Source: Geosiphon pyriformis uo1
Lineage: Eukaryota; Fungi; Glomeromycota
Reading direction: 5' to 3'
Length of the DNA stretch: 64,000 nt
Assembly (NCBI GenBank): GCA_016748015.1
Contig: JAAOMT010000128.1
Location: forward strand, 1,371,538 to 1,435,537
Shown: positions 51,325 through 64,000 of the stretch, one piece after another
Position numbering within the stretch: position 1 is the first letter of the stretch
Layout: each line of letters opens with the position of its first letter
Made by a program: the position numbers and the translations under genes
Notes under the pieces: model-generated
Databases searched by the model: none
Told to the model about the DNA's origin: nothing
The model's input: only the letters and a program-made list of their open reading frames with translations

Positions 51325-54300
51325 ATGAAGCATTTTGTCGACCGGACTTTTGATATCCTTCGAAAACATCGAAAGACAGAACCATGGTATTTGGTCGCTT
51401 GTCGGTGCTGCACTATAACGACATGCGTCCTGTTACTCATAACCTATGCAATTTTCTTGCTGATATACTTGATTAATGACGATCCGGTGGAACGAAGAGT
51501 TATTTTGCCCTCTCCAACTATACCAGCAGCAGGTGTTGCCCGGCTTCTATTTTTGCTTTCTGTTTTTGCACTCTAAAGGTTTTTATTTTAACCTGAAGAT
51601 TGATTTTTTTTTAATTTTTATAATTATTATCTTTATTATCTTTACTATTATTGTGAAGATTTGAAATTCGAATGGAATTTCGCATTTAACATCGCTTGTA
51701 AATTTGTGTATTTGGGTATGGAATTTTTGAACTCCTCAAAAAAAAAACTAAACTTAAAGTTTTATATACTTTTCGACATTATAATTAACTAATTAAAAAA
51801 AAAAACGGATTTCCTTAAAGACGGTACTAGAAAGAATGAACAATTATGCAATTCCTTAATTATTCAACCGAAATGTTGCTGTGAAAAATATAATAACGAC
51901 ACACTATACCGAGGCTACTTCACCGCTTGGAATAGCACTGGTTACAATTTTAATTATGATCTCGACACGGGACTTTATGGAGTTTGGTACACGATCACAC
52001 TTAATGATCAGGCTTACAATAGAGATCGGGATATTGGGTTAGTTGTGCGAGCTTATGATTCAGGTAAAGCTTAAAACTTTATTTTAGCTGCATTTTGCCA
52101 ATCTTCTTGGCATAACCATTTAATGAATGTTACATGGCATTATCGTGTAATTTAGCCATGTGATTATGGACTAAACGAATATTTGAGCTTACGCTTCTTT
52201 TAAATAGAATTCAATCCTCAAACACTATCATCGCACCCAAATAACACTTCCAAAGATATCGATTCTAATTTTTATAATTCGATTGAAGAGTTGAATCATC
52301 ATGTCATTGGATACCGTCAGGTAAAAATAAACTTGGGTCGCGATATTTATGGACTTTTTGAGCTAAACTTTCTGCTCAAAAATTAAAAACAGAACAATTG
52401 GATGTTCATTAATCGACACTTGAAGAAAAAATTATGGCCTGGTGGCAGGAACGTGATTGGTATCCCTCCCAGACATTTTGGGGAACATTATATAACTACT
52501 GAATATGGTAAGTTTTAGATGGAGTATTTGGCAGTATTCATATTGATTAGAATATTTATTTTTTGGTAATACATATTTATAGAAAGCGTCAATAATCCAG
52601 CTAATAATGCTACTAATGATAGTAACTTTTATGGTAATTTATTCACGGGAACTTTGAATTGGTATACAGAGGAAACAACTGAGCGAAGGTATGGAGAAAT
52701 TCGATATTATTCAGTTCATTTTGATTTTTCACTTCTAACAATTTTTATGCTCCATTTTGATTTTTCACTTCTAACAATTTTTATGCTCAATTTGATTATT
52801 GAAGAGGTCGTTCTGTAAGCAATTAATTTTTTTATATTCATATAAAACTGGGACTTAAGTTTTAACTTGTTTTCAAAATCTTGCCCCTATTTAGCTATTG
52901 GATTGTCTTGGTTTACTGGCCGGATTTTATGCACTTCTTGTCGGAATATATGTTTGCTTCTTTGGTACATTTCCTGAATTTAATTGTTGAATATTCTTCC
53001 AATTATATTAAAATACTAATCGAATTTTCTCATAGGTACGGCTCCTCTCCTTCCATGGGGATTATGTCAAACGTGGTTTTTCCGTGACAAGATCCGAAAC
53101 GACCTTCGTGACCAATATCCGGGTGGTATACCGTTGGTGGATGCACCGAATCCGGAAACAAATTGTAAAGAACGCCTTAGTAATTTGGAAAATTTCATGA
53201 AACAATATGTCATCGATGTCGGTTACTTGGATGATAATACAGATGACGAGGATGAGAATGAAAATGATTTTGGAGGGCCAGATGAAAAAAATTCTCTGTT
53301 GATCCCTCATGATGCTTCGGGTGGTAGTGGCCCGACCGCTGGTTCAAGTCAACAGAAATCATTTGCAAAGATACCAAAGAAATCTAATAATAATGACACT
53401 CCAGCTTCCCTGTCAGAAAACCCGTTTGCATCGGTACCACCATCAGCATCAGATCATGAAGTTGGTGGCCCTAGAATTCCATCTGCAATTAAAAAACAAC
53501 CAACAATGCCTACGAACCAACCAGCACCTTACAATTTACCTTTAACTCCACAATACAGTGATGATTTATCTCCCTTTACACCAGTAGGGACAGTTCCAAT
53601 CGGCAATAAAAATGAACCCACCAGTGCCCCAACTGGACCTGGTGAAGCTGGACCAACCGGACTTGGTGAAACTAGACCAACTGGAAACAACAAATCTAAT
53701 AAACCATCCCCAGCTGGAGTACCTTCAAATAAATCATCCTCAGGTGGAACAGCTGCATTAATTGGAGGAGCAGCTGCACTTGGAGTTGTAGGAGGTGGTA
53801 TTCTCGCATCTAAATCTTCAAAGAATTCATCGAATAATACTACTAGCAGTGGTGCAACTGGAGGAGCAACCGTTTACGAATCATATAACAAATCTAGTGC
53901 TTCAGGTGGTACTGGGACTGCAGAGAGTGATTATGAATTTAACAGCTATAAATCTTCGAGTGCCTCTGGTGGTGGAGGTATAATTGGTAGTGCTGCTTCC
54001 ACCAGTGCTTCTAAAAATGGAGCAGAAATCGCTGGGGCTGCTGCTATTGGAGCGATTGGAGGTGCTTTGATTAACTCTAAAACCTCAAAGACAGTGTCAG
54101 GAACATCGAGTGGTGGCTCACAAATCGAGGCAGCCATTCATGGGTCACATAGTGGATACAAATCATCCAGCGCTTCCGGTGGTGAGGGAGCTGGCTATGG
54201 ATTGACCCAAACATCATCAAGTACCTCCGGTGGTGGGGGAGCTGGCTATGGATTAACCCAAACATCATCAAGTACCTCCGGTGGTGAGGGAGCTGGCTAT

Positions 54301-54945
54301 GGATTAACCCAAACATCATCAAGTACCTCCGGTGGTGAGGGAGCTGGCTATGGATTAACCCAAACATCATCAAGTACTTCCGGTGGTGATGGAGCTGCTT
54401 ATGAATCTACCTACACATCATACAACACTGCTGGGGGAGGCGGAGGATTCGGCGGAGCCGCATACAAATCAACTAGTTACAATACATCCAGTAGCTCTGG
54501 GGGATTAGGACTGGCAGGAGCTGCTGCAGCTGGAGCGATTGGTGGATCCTTAATCACACACGAGACCTCAAAGACTACAAATAATTCAACTGGGTCCGGT
54601 AGTGTTGGTGTCGGTAGTGGTGGAGCACTTGAATCAAAAACTATTTACGGGATGAGTGAGGAAGAACGTAACCTATATTTAGCCCAACTTAACGCTCAAG
54701 AAAGAACGGATTTAGAAAATGAGATTGATATAAGCAATAATATTAAACGCAAAACAACAAAGACGACCACCACCACATATTATGACGATGACCCAAATCA
54801 ACCCGGGCCAGAACGTGTTGAAGTTACCGAAACGATCACGCATGAGGAAGATGAAGTTGTTAATACTGAAACCGAGAAAACTGAAACAGTCGTGGCTGAT
54901 CAAGTTAAGAAAAAGAAGGGTTTCTTAGGTTTTGCTTCAAAATAA
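51325..54945 (+). CDS. Two-TM membrane protein with a large luminal domain (possibly ENaC/P2X/PAC-like fold) and a long Gly/Ser-rich repeat tail; 9 exons
   Basis: GT-AG exons 51325-51532, 51659-51715, 51821-52063, 52208-52320, 52393-52507, 52583-52688, 52805-52814, 52895-52964 and 53036-54945 splice into one open frame. TM1 ..CVLLLITYAIFLLIYLI.., TM2 LLDCLGLLAGFYALLVGIYVCFFG. Confidence 0.8.
52717..52788 (+). repeat. Perfect 36-bp tandem duplication in an intron
   Basis: CATTTTGATTTTTCACTTCTAACAATTTTTATGCTC x2. Confidence 0.95.
54175..54378 (+). repeat. Coding minisatellite, 4 x 51 bp (SGGEGAGYGLTQTSSST)
   Basis: Near-identical 17-aa units starting at 54175, 54226, 54277 and 54328. Confidence 0.95.
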
Positions 54946-55358
54946 GCAGAAGTTAAAGGGGAAAGTTTCTGCGAAAAATTAGTTATTTTGATGGATGAAT
55001 TGAGTTCTTTATAATATTTTTGGTATTTTGATCTCAAAAAATTAATATCCTATCACACGCATCCTCCTTTCTTAAACTTAATACGCATAATTGTTTTCTC
55101 AAATTTCGTACATTCAGGTGCGCTAAGATCAGATTTCTAGATGGTATACAAAGGATCAAATCAAAAATATATTATTCCTGTTATTATAATTTTAGACGAG
55201 TAAATAGCTTGGGAGTAATGTTCAAAGCTCCAATTGTAGGGTATACGTCTATTTTAGTGAGTAGTAATTGCAGTAATTTTGAATTTCATCGGATCGGCAA
55301 ATTTGGCCTATAAAAAGCCTCACAGATCTGATTGGGTTTCAAAATCTTTCCAAGAATT

Positions 55359-56645
55359 ATGTTTCCCCCACGGCCTTTGGCACTCTGTACATCCCGCCGT
55401 TTATTTCTAAATAAAAATTCTAAAGCTATACCTTGTTCAAGTAATATACGACAATATAGTGTTATAATAAGCTCTTCAACAATTCAGAGAACTCTTTTAG
55501 TCTTTCATAGACCGATATTACGCGTGTTATCTTTAAGGTTGGGAAACATTGGCTGTATTTTTAGTTCACAATTTTCCTCTCAAAATCATGAAAATTTAAA
55601 CCGATATTCACCCTTAACACTAAAATCTAGAATTCGGCCTTATATAATAAATAGTATTATTATCAACAATAGTAATAACATTCATAGTCAAAGCAAAGAA
55701 AATAAAGATTTTGAAGACTCTCAAAGTGTCGCTGAATCAGTAACTCAAAAGGGAGACACACACCAGGATCAAAAAGCTATCGGGGAGACGGCACTAAAAA
55801 AGAAATATCCAAAGATTGTGGTATTGCTGGCTAGGCCCATAATTAGATTCTTGGGCTATGAGAAATATGGAGTGGCGTTACGCGTAGTTGAAGAGCTGTA
55901 TCCCTTATGCGCAAAGCAAATTATGGAAAATAAACAATTTTATATTGAAAGTAAGATAATTTTGGAGCTAGTGGAAAAATGATTATTTCTTGTAAATTTA
56001 TACTTAACTTGATTCTGGATTCCATTCAACTTCCAGCATGTGGGTTACCAGAGACTTTCCAAACTTGGTTTTGTGTAACGCATTTACATGTATGGATGTT
56101 AATGGTGCGATTGCGCCCTGAGAAAGATGGTAAAAGGTTGAATCAGACCCTTGTGAATGAATTTTTTATGAATGCAGAATGGAGAATTAGGCATAAATAT
56201 GATGTAGGTTATGCTTGAAATCTAAACTATTCCTTATCTTGCCAACTTGATATTGTATTTCACCATTGCTTTACAAACTTCCAGGTAACAACCAATCGAA
56301 TAGTTACGGGTTACTTGAAGGATCTGCGTAATCAGTTTGCCGGTGGGATAGCAGCTTATGATGAAGGATTTTTCAAAGATGATTCCATATTGGCCGCGGC
56401 CTTATGGCGGTAATTAGTCACAAATTTTATCCAGTTAATAAATCAGATTTTTTTAAAATATTTGTTAAAATTTCTTGTATTTGAATAGAAACATCTTTGA
56501 GGCCCAAGGATCCGCTTATAAAGTAGCATTGCTTGTTGACTACGTACGTAAAACCCTTTATCATTTGGATCAGCTGCCTCGGGAAGAGATGAACGCGACC
56601 AATGTGCAATTTTTCCCAAAGTCTGATCTAAGAGTAGAAGAGTAA
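55359..56645 (+). CDS. CBP3: Ubiquinol-cytochrome c reductase assembly chaperone Cbp3/UQCC1, mitochondrial
   Basis: Exons 55359-55950, 56037-56203, 56285-56409 and 56489-56645. Motifs CGLPETFQTWF..LHVWMLMVRLR and AYDEG..DDSILAAALWRNIF. Arg/Ser-rich presequence. Confidence 0.92.
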
Positions 56646-56923
56646 ATAAACAATATTTGAGTGATTATAAGTGTCTCAGATACGAAAATATTATTTGAGA
56701 ATAGAATATCGTAAAAAGGTTTGACTACATTAATATATACAGAATTATATACAGCCGTAAAAAAAATATTTCTAAAGGTATTAGATCTCGAACTATTTAT
56801 TCGGTTTTTTCTTAAGATCAATTATAGGTGGCTCTTCTCGTGGTCTTTTCTTAGAAAGCCCCTAAACAAAGAACAAAGCATAATTTTTCTTGTTTGTCGA
56901 TGAAAAGTTCTTCAATCAAGGCT

Positions 56924-58183
56924 TTACGAATGTTTTACCTTTGAAGCTTGATTTAGGGCGGTTGCCGGATTGATGACAGGAAGGGATGGGTTAGCGCGTT
57001 GCTGGTTGATAGCTTGGAGTCTGGCACCGTGATTTGGCAAAACTCCACTTTTACGTACAGATCTAATCTCGTCTGAAGCAAATCCTGGGATTCTAATGTT
57101 GTAATTTTTCTCTATTGTGTGAAATGCAAATATAAATGAGTAAGAATCGAAGATTAAAAATCAGAATAAAGAAAATATATAACCAAGATAGAGCTGAATA
57201 TCTTTCACATCTATTTGTTTAGATCGACGATGCATCGCGTTCAAAGCAGCACCTGAACCGACGGACTCAATAAACTCATCTGCAATTTCCAATAAAATCT
57301 GTACAGTAACCCAAGAATCAGGTTAACATGTTAAAAGGGAGCAGCCAAAATGATAAATCCGAAATATGTTCAATTCACCTCTTCAACATCAGGGTGAACC
57401 CTTTCATTTGGATCGATCTCCCCAACTAATTCTTGGATTTTTCGACTTTTAACAAGCCCCTGATTCACATTGCTATTTTCATCATTGGGGATCGTAGGAG
57501 CGATGGCAATGTTGGCAGTGGATGGTACTATTGGTGTTGGCGCTCTTGCAATGGGAGGTGTTGCAAGCGGTTGATTTGGTCTTGGCTGGACCACAGTTTT
57601 TTGTGCTATCGGCATATTTTTTGCAATAGCAATAGGGGTTGAGCTTACAATATCAGATACTAATACTGAAGATTGGGGCTGTTGTAGTTGTTTTTCAAGG
57701 GATATGTTAGGTCCCATCACTATTGGACTTTTTGAAGCTACCATTTGAGAAAGATTAACTGTAGAAGAAGCTACCCTGGGTAATTGTTGCTGTAGTTCTT
57801 GTTGTGGGTGCTGTGGAGGTGGCGACTGTTGGTGTGGTTGTTGCTTTTGTTCTTGTTGCTGTTGCTGTTGTCGCAGCTGTTGAAGATTTATCTGCTGTTG
57901 TATTAGGCGTTGATGTTCATTGAACTTAGCCAATTTTTCTTTCAATTGATTTTCTAAAGTCATCTTCTCCTCAGGTGACAAATCGCTTTGCTGAAGAGTT
58001 TGCTGAATATGCCGTATTTGATTAGAGAGTTGTTCAGTTGAACTAGCAAGCGAATTATTATGTTGTGTTGATTGCTGCATTTGTCCTAATGTTGTTGAAA
58101 CTAGATATGGTGGCCTTTGGGTTGGCGCGCGCCGGTAGTGTAAATATTGTTGCTGTTGCTGTTGCTGTTGTTGTTGTTGTTGT

Positions 58184-58248
<65 letters not shown>

Positions 58249-58749
58249 AATTTGTTGTTGTTGATGGTGGGCAGCTTGAACTTGTGCTACCTGATGGGTC
58301 AATGGTGACTGTAAGTTAGCTTGATGGGGAGAGATTTGTTGAATTGGTTGTCCCATGTACTGCCTCGGAGTTTGGACGTTAACATATTGAGGTTGAAGCT
58401 GTTGGGATGACTGTCCGACTTGTTGTGTTTGTTGTAGATGTGGTTGAATCGGAAGTGGGCTTTGCTGCTGCTGCTGTAATTGTACATGTTGTAGCTGTGT
58501 TTGTTGCATTTGGGCTTGTTGCTGTTGTTGAAGTTGCATTGACTGAGGTCCCAAGGCTGTATTTCCCGAAGTAGAACCACCACGACCACGCCCTCTTTGA
58601 GATTTTTTACCTCTACTAGAAGGTTGAGCGGGTCTTACTATGGCTTGAGGTTGTGATTCAACCATGTTTGAAGTGGCTTGAGTGGGAGACTCTTGTGGAG
58701 GAACACCAGGAGCAGACAGATTATTGGTATTAACAGATTGTTGAGACAT
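56924..58749 (-). CDS. TAF12: TFIID/SAGA subunit TAF12 with a Q-rich N-terminus
   Basis: Exons 58749-57379, 57298-57184 and 57111-56924. Histone fold KIQELVGEIDPNERVHPDVEEILLEIADEFIE..HRRSKQIDVKDIQLYLEKNYNIRIPGF. Confidence 0.92.
58147..58248 (-). repeat. CAA/CAG polyglutamine tract (34 Q)
   Basis: 102-nt TTG/CTG run on the + strand. Confidence 0.95.
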
Positions 58750-58859
58750 TGTAAGATTCTTAAAATTATAAAAACAAAGGTCCAAAGTCAAAGGACACGA
58801 TATCTCAGATATTGGATCATGCCACCAAGTGATGTGGTCCCGTGAAAATCTCTAAAATA

Positions 58860-61285
58860 TCATTTGGTTTTTTAATTGGTTAAAAATTAAGTTGGTAAAA
58901 TAAATAATTTTACTAATTATTAGCCAATTTTTTTTTAATTATATTATTATTATATTAAAAATAAAATATCAAATATAACAAATAATTATTATATATGTAA
59001 GTTGTAATTAATTGTATTTATATTATTATTAATTCTATTATAATAAAATTTATTATTTTTAAATTAATTTTGTTAATATTATTATTTGTTACTTATACAT
59101 ATTTATAATATAATATACAATTAAAACCAATATTAAATAAATACCAAATAATAAAATTATTTAATTAAAATATAATATTATTTATTTTAAAAAAACTATT
59201 TTTAACAATATTATTTTGTATAAATTACAAATTAATTTGTATTTATATTTAATTTTTATAATTATTTAATTTTGTTATAATATTATAAATTATTTAATTT
59301 TAATAATATTAACATGTCTAATTACATATAAAAAGTACATAATTTAAAGTATTTTTTGTATTGTATTAGATAATAAAATAATATATTAAATAAATATTAA
59401 AAAAATTGTTTTTATATTATTTTTAATGATTAATATAGATTAATATTTTTATGTAAATTTATTTTAATATATAATATTTATTATATATTTTTATGTTTTA
59501 ACTTTTTTTTGTTGTTTTAATTATTTACTAATTTAATTTTTTGTTTATTTTGTATTTTATTTTATTTAAATAAGTATTTTAATATTATTTTTTTATTTAT
59601 TTATTTATTTAATATATAAATTTAATCACTATTTAATACAATATATTATTATAAAAATGTTTTTTTAGTATATTAATTATTAATATTTTTGGTTTAATTG
59701 TGATTAATTTCTTAAAAATTTTTTAATTTTGGTTTTATAATAATACTAATATTATAATAAAAACTTTTTATTAATATAAACTTTTTTTTAAATTCTGGTT
59801 ATTGTTGTATATTTATGTGTTTTTTTTAAAAGTTAATCTAAAATTCATTTATTATTGTTGAAATTTTTTTTAAACATATTTTTGCAATTGTTAAAAGTGT
59901 TTTTTTAATTTAAAAATACAAAATATTAATAATATTTTAGTATTTTTTCTAATTTTAACAATAAAGTTTTGAATAATTAATAATAATATAAATAAATTTA
60001 ATCAAAAATTATTTTTTTACAAGATTTAGCTAATAAATAACAGTTTTATTTAATAAATAATTACAAATAATTTTAAAAATAATTAATATAGAACATAAAA
60101 AATATTTTTTTTTAATATTAAAACTATTATATATATATATTTATAGTTTTATAAAAAAACATATTATATTTTTATTTTTATTTTAAATAATATTTACTAC
60201 TATTATACTATAATATTTGTTGCTATTATAAAATAATTATTAATATTATTTTGTAATTATTATTATGTAAATTGTTATTATTTTAAGATTTATTATTATG
60301 TTATATTATGATTAAATAATTTTTATTAAATTCTTAAATTATAATAATATTAACATAATAATTTAAATTAAATATAATTTATATATCTTTTATATATAAT
60401 TAAATATAATGTTAATTTATATTAAATCTATAAAAAAAAACTTATTCTAAAAAAATATTTTATATATTATTATAATTAAAAAACTATTATTTATAATATT
60501 ATTATTTAATTACATAACAATTTATATTTAATACTATTTGGCTAATATTTTTAGAAAACAATTAATTAAAAATATTAAAAGTATTATTAAAATTTTCTAT
60601 AAGATTAATTTTAATATTGATTTTAATTAAAACTTTACTTAAAGTTTTACCAAAAACAGATATTTTACTTTAAATAATAATAATTATATTTTTAAATATC
60701 TTATATAAAATAGAAAAAATATTTAACAAAGTAATAATTAATATAGAACTAATTAGTTTATAATAAACTTAATTAATAAAATTAAAACATTTAACTTAAA
60801 TTTTAAAACAGTCAAATAAAAACTGACCAAAAAATTAACAATAATAGCAATAATAAAAAAAATCAACAAAACCATAACATAAAATTTAGTTTTAATAAAA
60901 CATAATTTAAAAGTTTTAAAAAAAGCAGTTAATTAAAATAAAAACTTAAAAAAAAAATATTATTATTATTTTATAATCTAAAACCAAATAACTAAAATTT
61001 TAATATTTAAAATACTATTAATATTCAAATATTTTTTACCAGATACAATATTTTCTTAAAATATTAATTCTAATAACAACAATATTTAAATTGTGTTTAA
61101 AACCAAAAATAACAATTATTATTTAATAAAAATAAAACATATATAATTATTAACTTAAAAAACTAGTTAATTAGTTTTAAAGATTGAATAGCCAAAATAA
61201 AATTCAATATTGTGTTTGTTTACTAAAATTAATTAATTTGTTAAAATAATAGTACCTATATTAAAAAACTTAAAATAAACAATAA
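58860..61285. other. Extremely AT-rich decayed sequence
   Basis: Abrupt loss of G/C just upstream of TAF12; no ORFs. Confidence 0.7.
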
Positions 61286-61289
61286 TATA

Positions 61290-63500
61290 TTTTTTTTTAA
61301 TATTTAATGAGTAAGATCCAAATACTATCTAACATAATATATTAGACTAAGTAATCCAAATTAGGTGCAAATTATGCACTTTCTACATGTAACCAGTCAC
61401 TTGGACTAATCAGAGCAATATTATAGAACTATTTAACAAACATTATATTATCAATACCAAAAAAAAACTGCAAGACTTGCAAAAACCAAAACTAACACCA
61501 TATATTTTTACAATACCAAGTAATTTAACAATACTATTAGAAAGTAATAACAAAAGCCCATAAGTTTCTAAAAGCACTAAATCATTATTTATAATTAAAT
61601 CACTCTTTTTTATAATCACTTTAAACCTAGTTTTTACTATTCATATCTCTATTTAATGAGCCACTTTCAAGTCTCTTATCAGATTAATGATTAACTTGCT
61701 AGCAATTTTAGCACAGCCAAAAACAAACAAAGCTTCTAAATACCAATTCCTAAAAACAAAGTCTTTACACAAAACTATATATATCTTAAAGTTTGAAGCA
61801 TATATGGAAAGCATTTGCATAACACGAAATAATAACAAACTTATTTCCAATATAGAGATCTACTAAATCAAATATGAATTAAGCAAGTTTTTATAAACAG
61901 CAAAGTTTATTACACATGTAAACAAATAATTAGAAAGTTTTATCTTTCTGTAATGAAAACACAACACACTAAGGTAAGCTTTATTATACAAATGTTTTCT
62001 AATAATAATTAACAAATGACAATACAAAGCTTTTATAAAATACAAGTGCAGATTAGTAGTAGATTTATTTGTAAAACCAGATGTCATATATAAGTTAGAG
62101 TGCCAAACTAAAGAAATCTGATTCCAATTCACATTTTCAATCATATTTGTACTAATAACATTAAACCCAAATCTAAACTTCTAATGAGCTCAATGAATAG
62201 TCCTAAAAACACTGTAAGTAAAATAACAAATATTTCCAAACACCTTCACTTTACCAGCTTTAATATAATTCTCTTTAATAAGAACAAGAAATACAAAATT
62301 TGAACATAAAGCTAAGTCAGCCAGCTTGTTGACATATTTATTATCAGATATACCTGAGTGGCCCTTAATCTTAAACTAAAATATATTAAATCTTTTGTTT
62401 TTAATAGAATTCATTATACTATACTTTTTCATTTAATATCAATTATAGAAATCCAGCAGAGCCAATTTTGATTCAACAGCACAAGCATTTAGAGCAGTAT
62501 GACTGTTTAAATGCATTATAATACTACTATTGGTTGGGACATATTCTAAAGCTAAGGCAATAGCCTGTAATTTAATTATCATGAAAAAAACCAATTCACT
62601 AATATTCAGATTTAAATTTGCAAAAAATACAGCCACATCACACTTTATCTTATGCATTTTTAAGTTCTTAAGTAAACCATTTATGTAAACATTAATAACA
62701 TTCAAATTAGTATTAAAAAAATACTGCTGCATTAAAGAAAAACTACCAGAACTGAAAACACTCAAAAGCTGAAAGCTGTTAGTAAAAGACTGCAAAACAA
62801 AACTGCAAAGAGAGTTGACCAAATATTTGTATGCCAATCTGAACACAGAGACTGAACCTCTAGGATTGAGTCTCTTTCAACAAAAAAAGCTTTTTTAATT
62901 GAAAATTAATCTCTTTTTATTGTATAATTAGTCAACAAAAACAATACTAAACTTTTTAAACAATTTGAAAACATTATAGAATACTGAATTCCTTAAAACA
63001 GAAGACATTAAAGTGCTTTTTGAATACCAAAATGCAGAAAAAAGATTATTGTTAAAAGACATATTATAATTCAGAAAAATTTTTACTTTACCAGTCAGGA
63101 AGTTGTTAACTGGACTGATTTTCAACCTAATAAAAATCCACAAAAGATGCACTGAAAACTAACTTGAAATTTGCAAATCCAAAGACATATGGCTAAACAA
63201 ATGACCAAAAATTTCATCAGTATTTAAAAAACAGAGCACTAAAGCTGACTTACTCTCTGTTTGTATCTGTTTAAAAGATTTTAAACCATACAAAAATAAG
63301 TGGTAAAGGGTTTCATTGAGAAAGTCTCTGAACAGACTAGTCTTTATTCTCAATTTTTTCTTGATTAGTGTATTCTATTTATTACATACATTCTTGAAGA
63401 CAAAACTAAATTGGGTTCTATAACTAATAATAAGATGCAAAATTGTTGAAACCAAATAAAGAAACTATTTATCCAAAATAGTTTTTTTAAAACCAAACAA
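61290..63500 (-). mobile_element. LINE 3' fragment (RNase H, C-terminal zinc motif, 3' tail, A-tail)
   Basis: VYINGLLKNL and KLQAIALALEYVP..LNSHTAL (RNase H). CFHYRKIKLSNYLFTC is a decayed CxxC..H...C. 3' tail matches 3980-4100 and 9930-10050. Confidence 0.8.
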
Positions 63501-64000
63501 TAATATATTACTAAATATTTATAATTATAATAAAACTTTGAAAATTTTATTATAAATACTAAAAACTATTTTAAAATTGTACACAAATATATTTAAAAAC
63601 ATATTATATAAAATAATAACAAAAAAAAATTTCAAAAATTATTAAAAATTTGGCTATTTTAAAAATAAAAAAATTAAACCAACAAGTTCAATTTAAAATA
63701 TAGTATTTAAAAAATCTTAAAAAGCAAACTTTATACAAAAAAGCTTAATATTGTTTTTAAACACAAATTTAATATTAATAAAACTATAAACTAAAATATA
63801 GTTTTAATAAAAACTATTTAATTTAAAAAAAAAAACAAAAAAATTTTGAAAAAATATTTTAGTATTTTATTTTTTTCTAGTTATTTCTTTTAATATATTT
63901 TTATTTATAGAACTAAATATAATGGTAAAAAAACTTTTTTTCTTTTATGTCTATAATTTCTTAAAGAATAATTTTTATAAAAAAAGTTTTTTGGTTTTTT

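Noticed and set aside
58065-58319. VAVAVA-repeat ORF and other antisense ORFs over genes and TEs
   Set aside because: These are shadow frames of the polyQ tract or of real coding strands.
61380-61420. CTGATTAG..GAAA in the LINE 3' tail as a hammerhead ribozyme
   Set aside because: The core CUGAnGA-stemII-GAAA spacing and stems I/III could not be built.

Overview
Eukaryotic, very AT-rich fungal DNA. The TE and gene content resembles Glomeromycota (Geosiphon-like); this is recalled similarity, not a search result. Bases 1-47.8 kb are a graveyard of C>T/G>A-mutated transposons: LINE and hAT relics, nested solo LTRs, and a complete ORF1-only retroposon (3972-6259) with a 14-bp TSD. One RNase-H-bearing LINE (about 9925-47760, minus strand) is split inside its endonuclease by a 31-kb stack of three full-length Ty3/Gypsy elements: E1 14529-45680 contains E2 24974-45023, which contains E3 28819-38630. 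E1 also carries a solo LTR. The Gypsy elements share an unusual plan: GTG-started N-terminal domain, capsid, CCHC knuckle, protease, Cys-rich zinc fingers, dUTPase, RT, RNase H, integrase, plus an extra non-env ORF3. They make 4-bp TSDs that reconstruct to a central CpG. A CpG-retaining gene island (about 49.7-58.9 kb) holds a 9-exon two-TM protein with a Gly/Ser repeat tail, CBP3 and TAF12. It is followed by an extremely AT-rich tract and another LINE 3' fragment.
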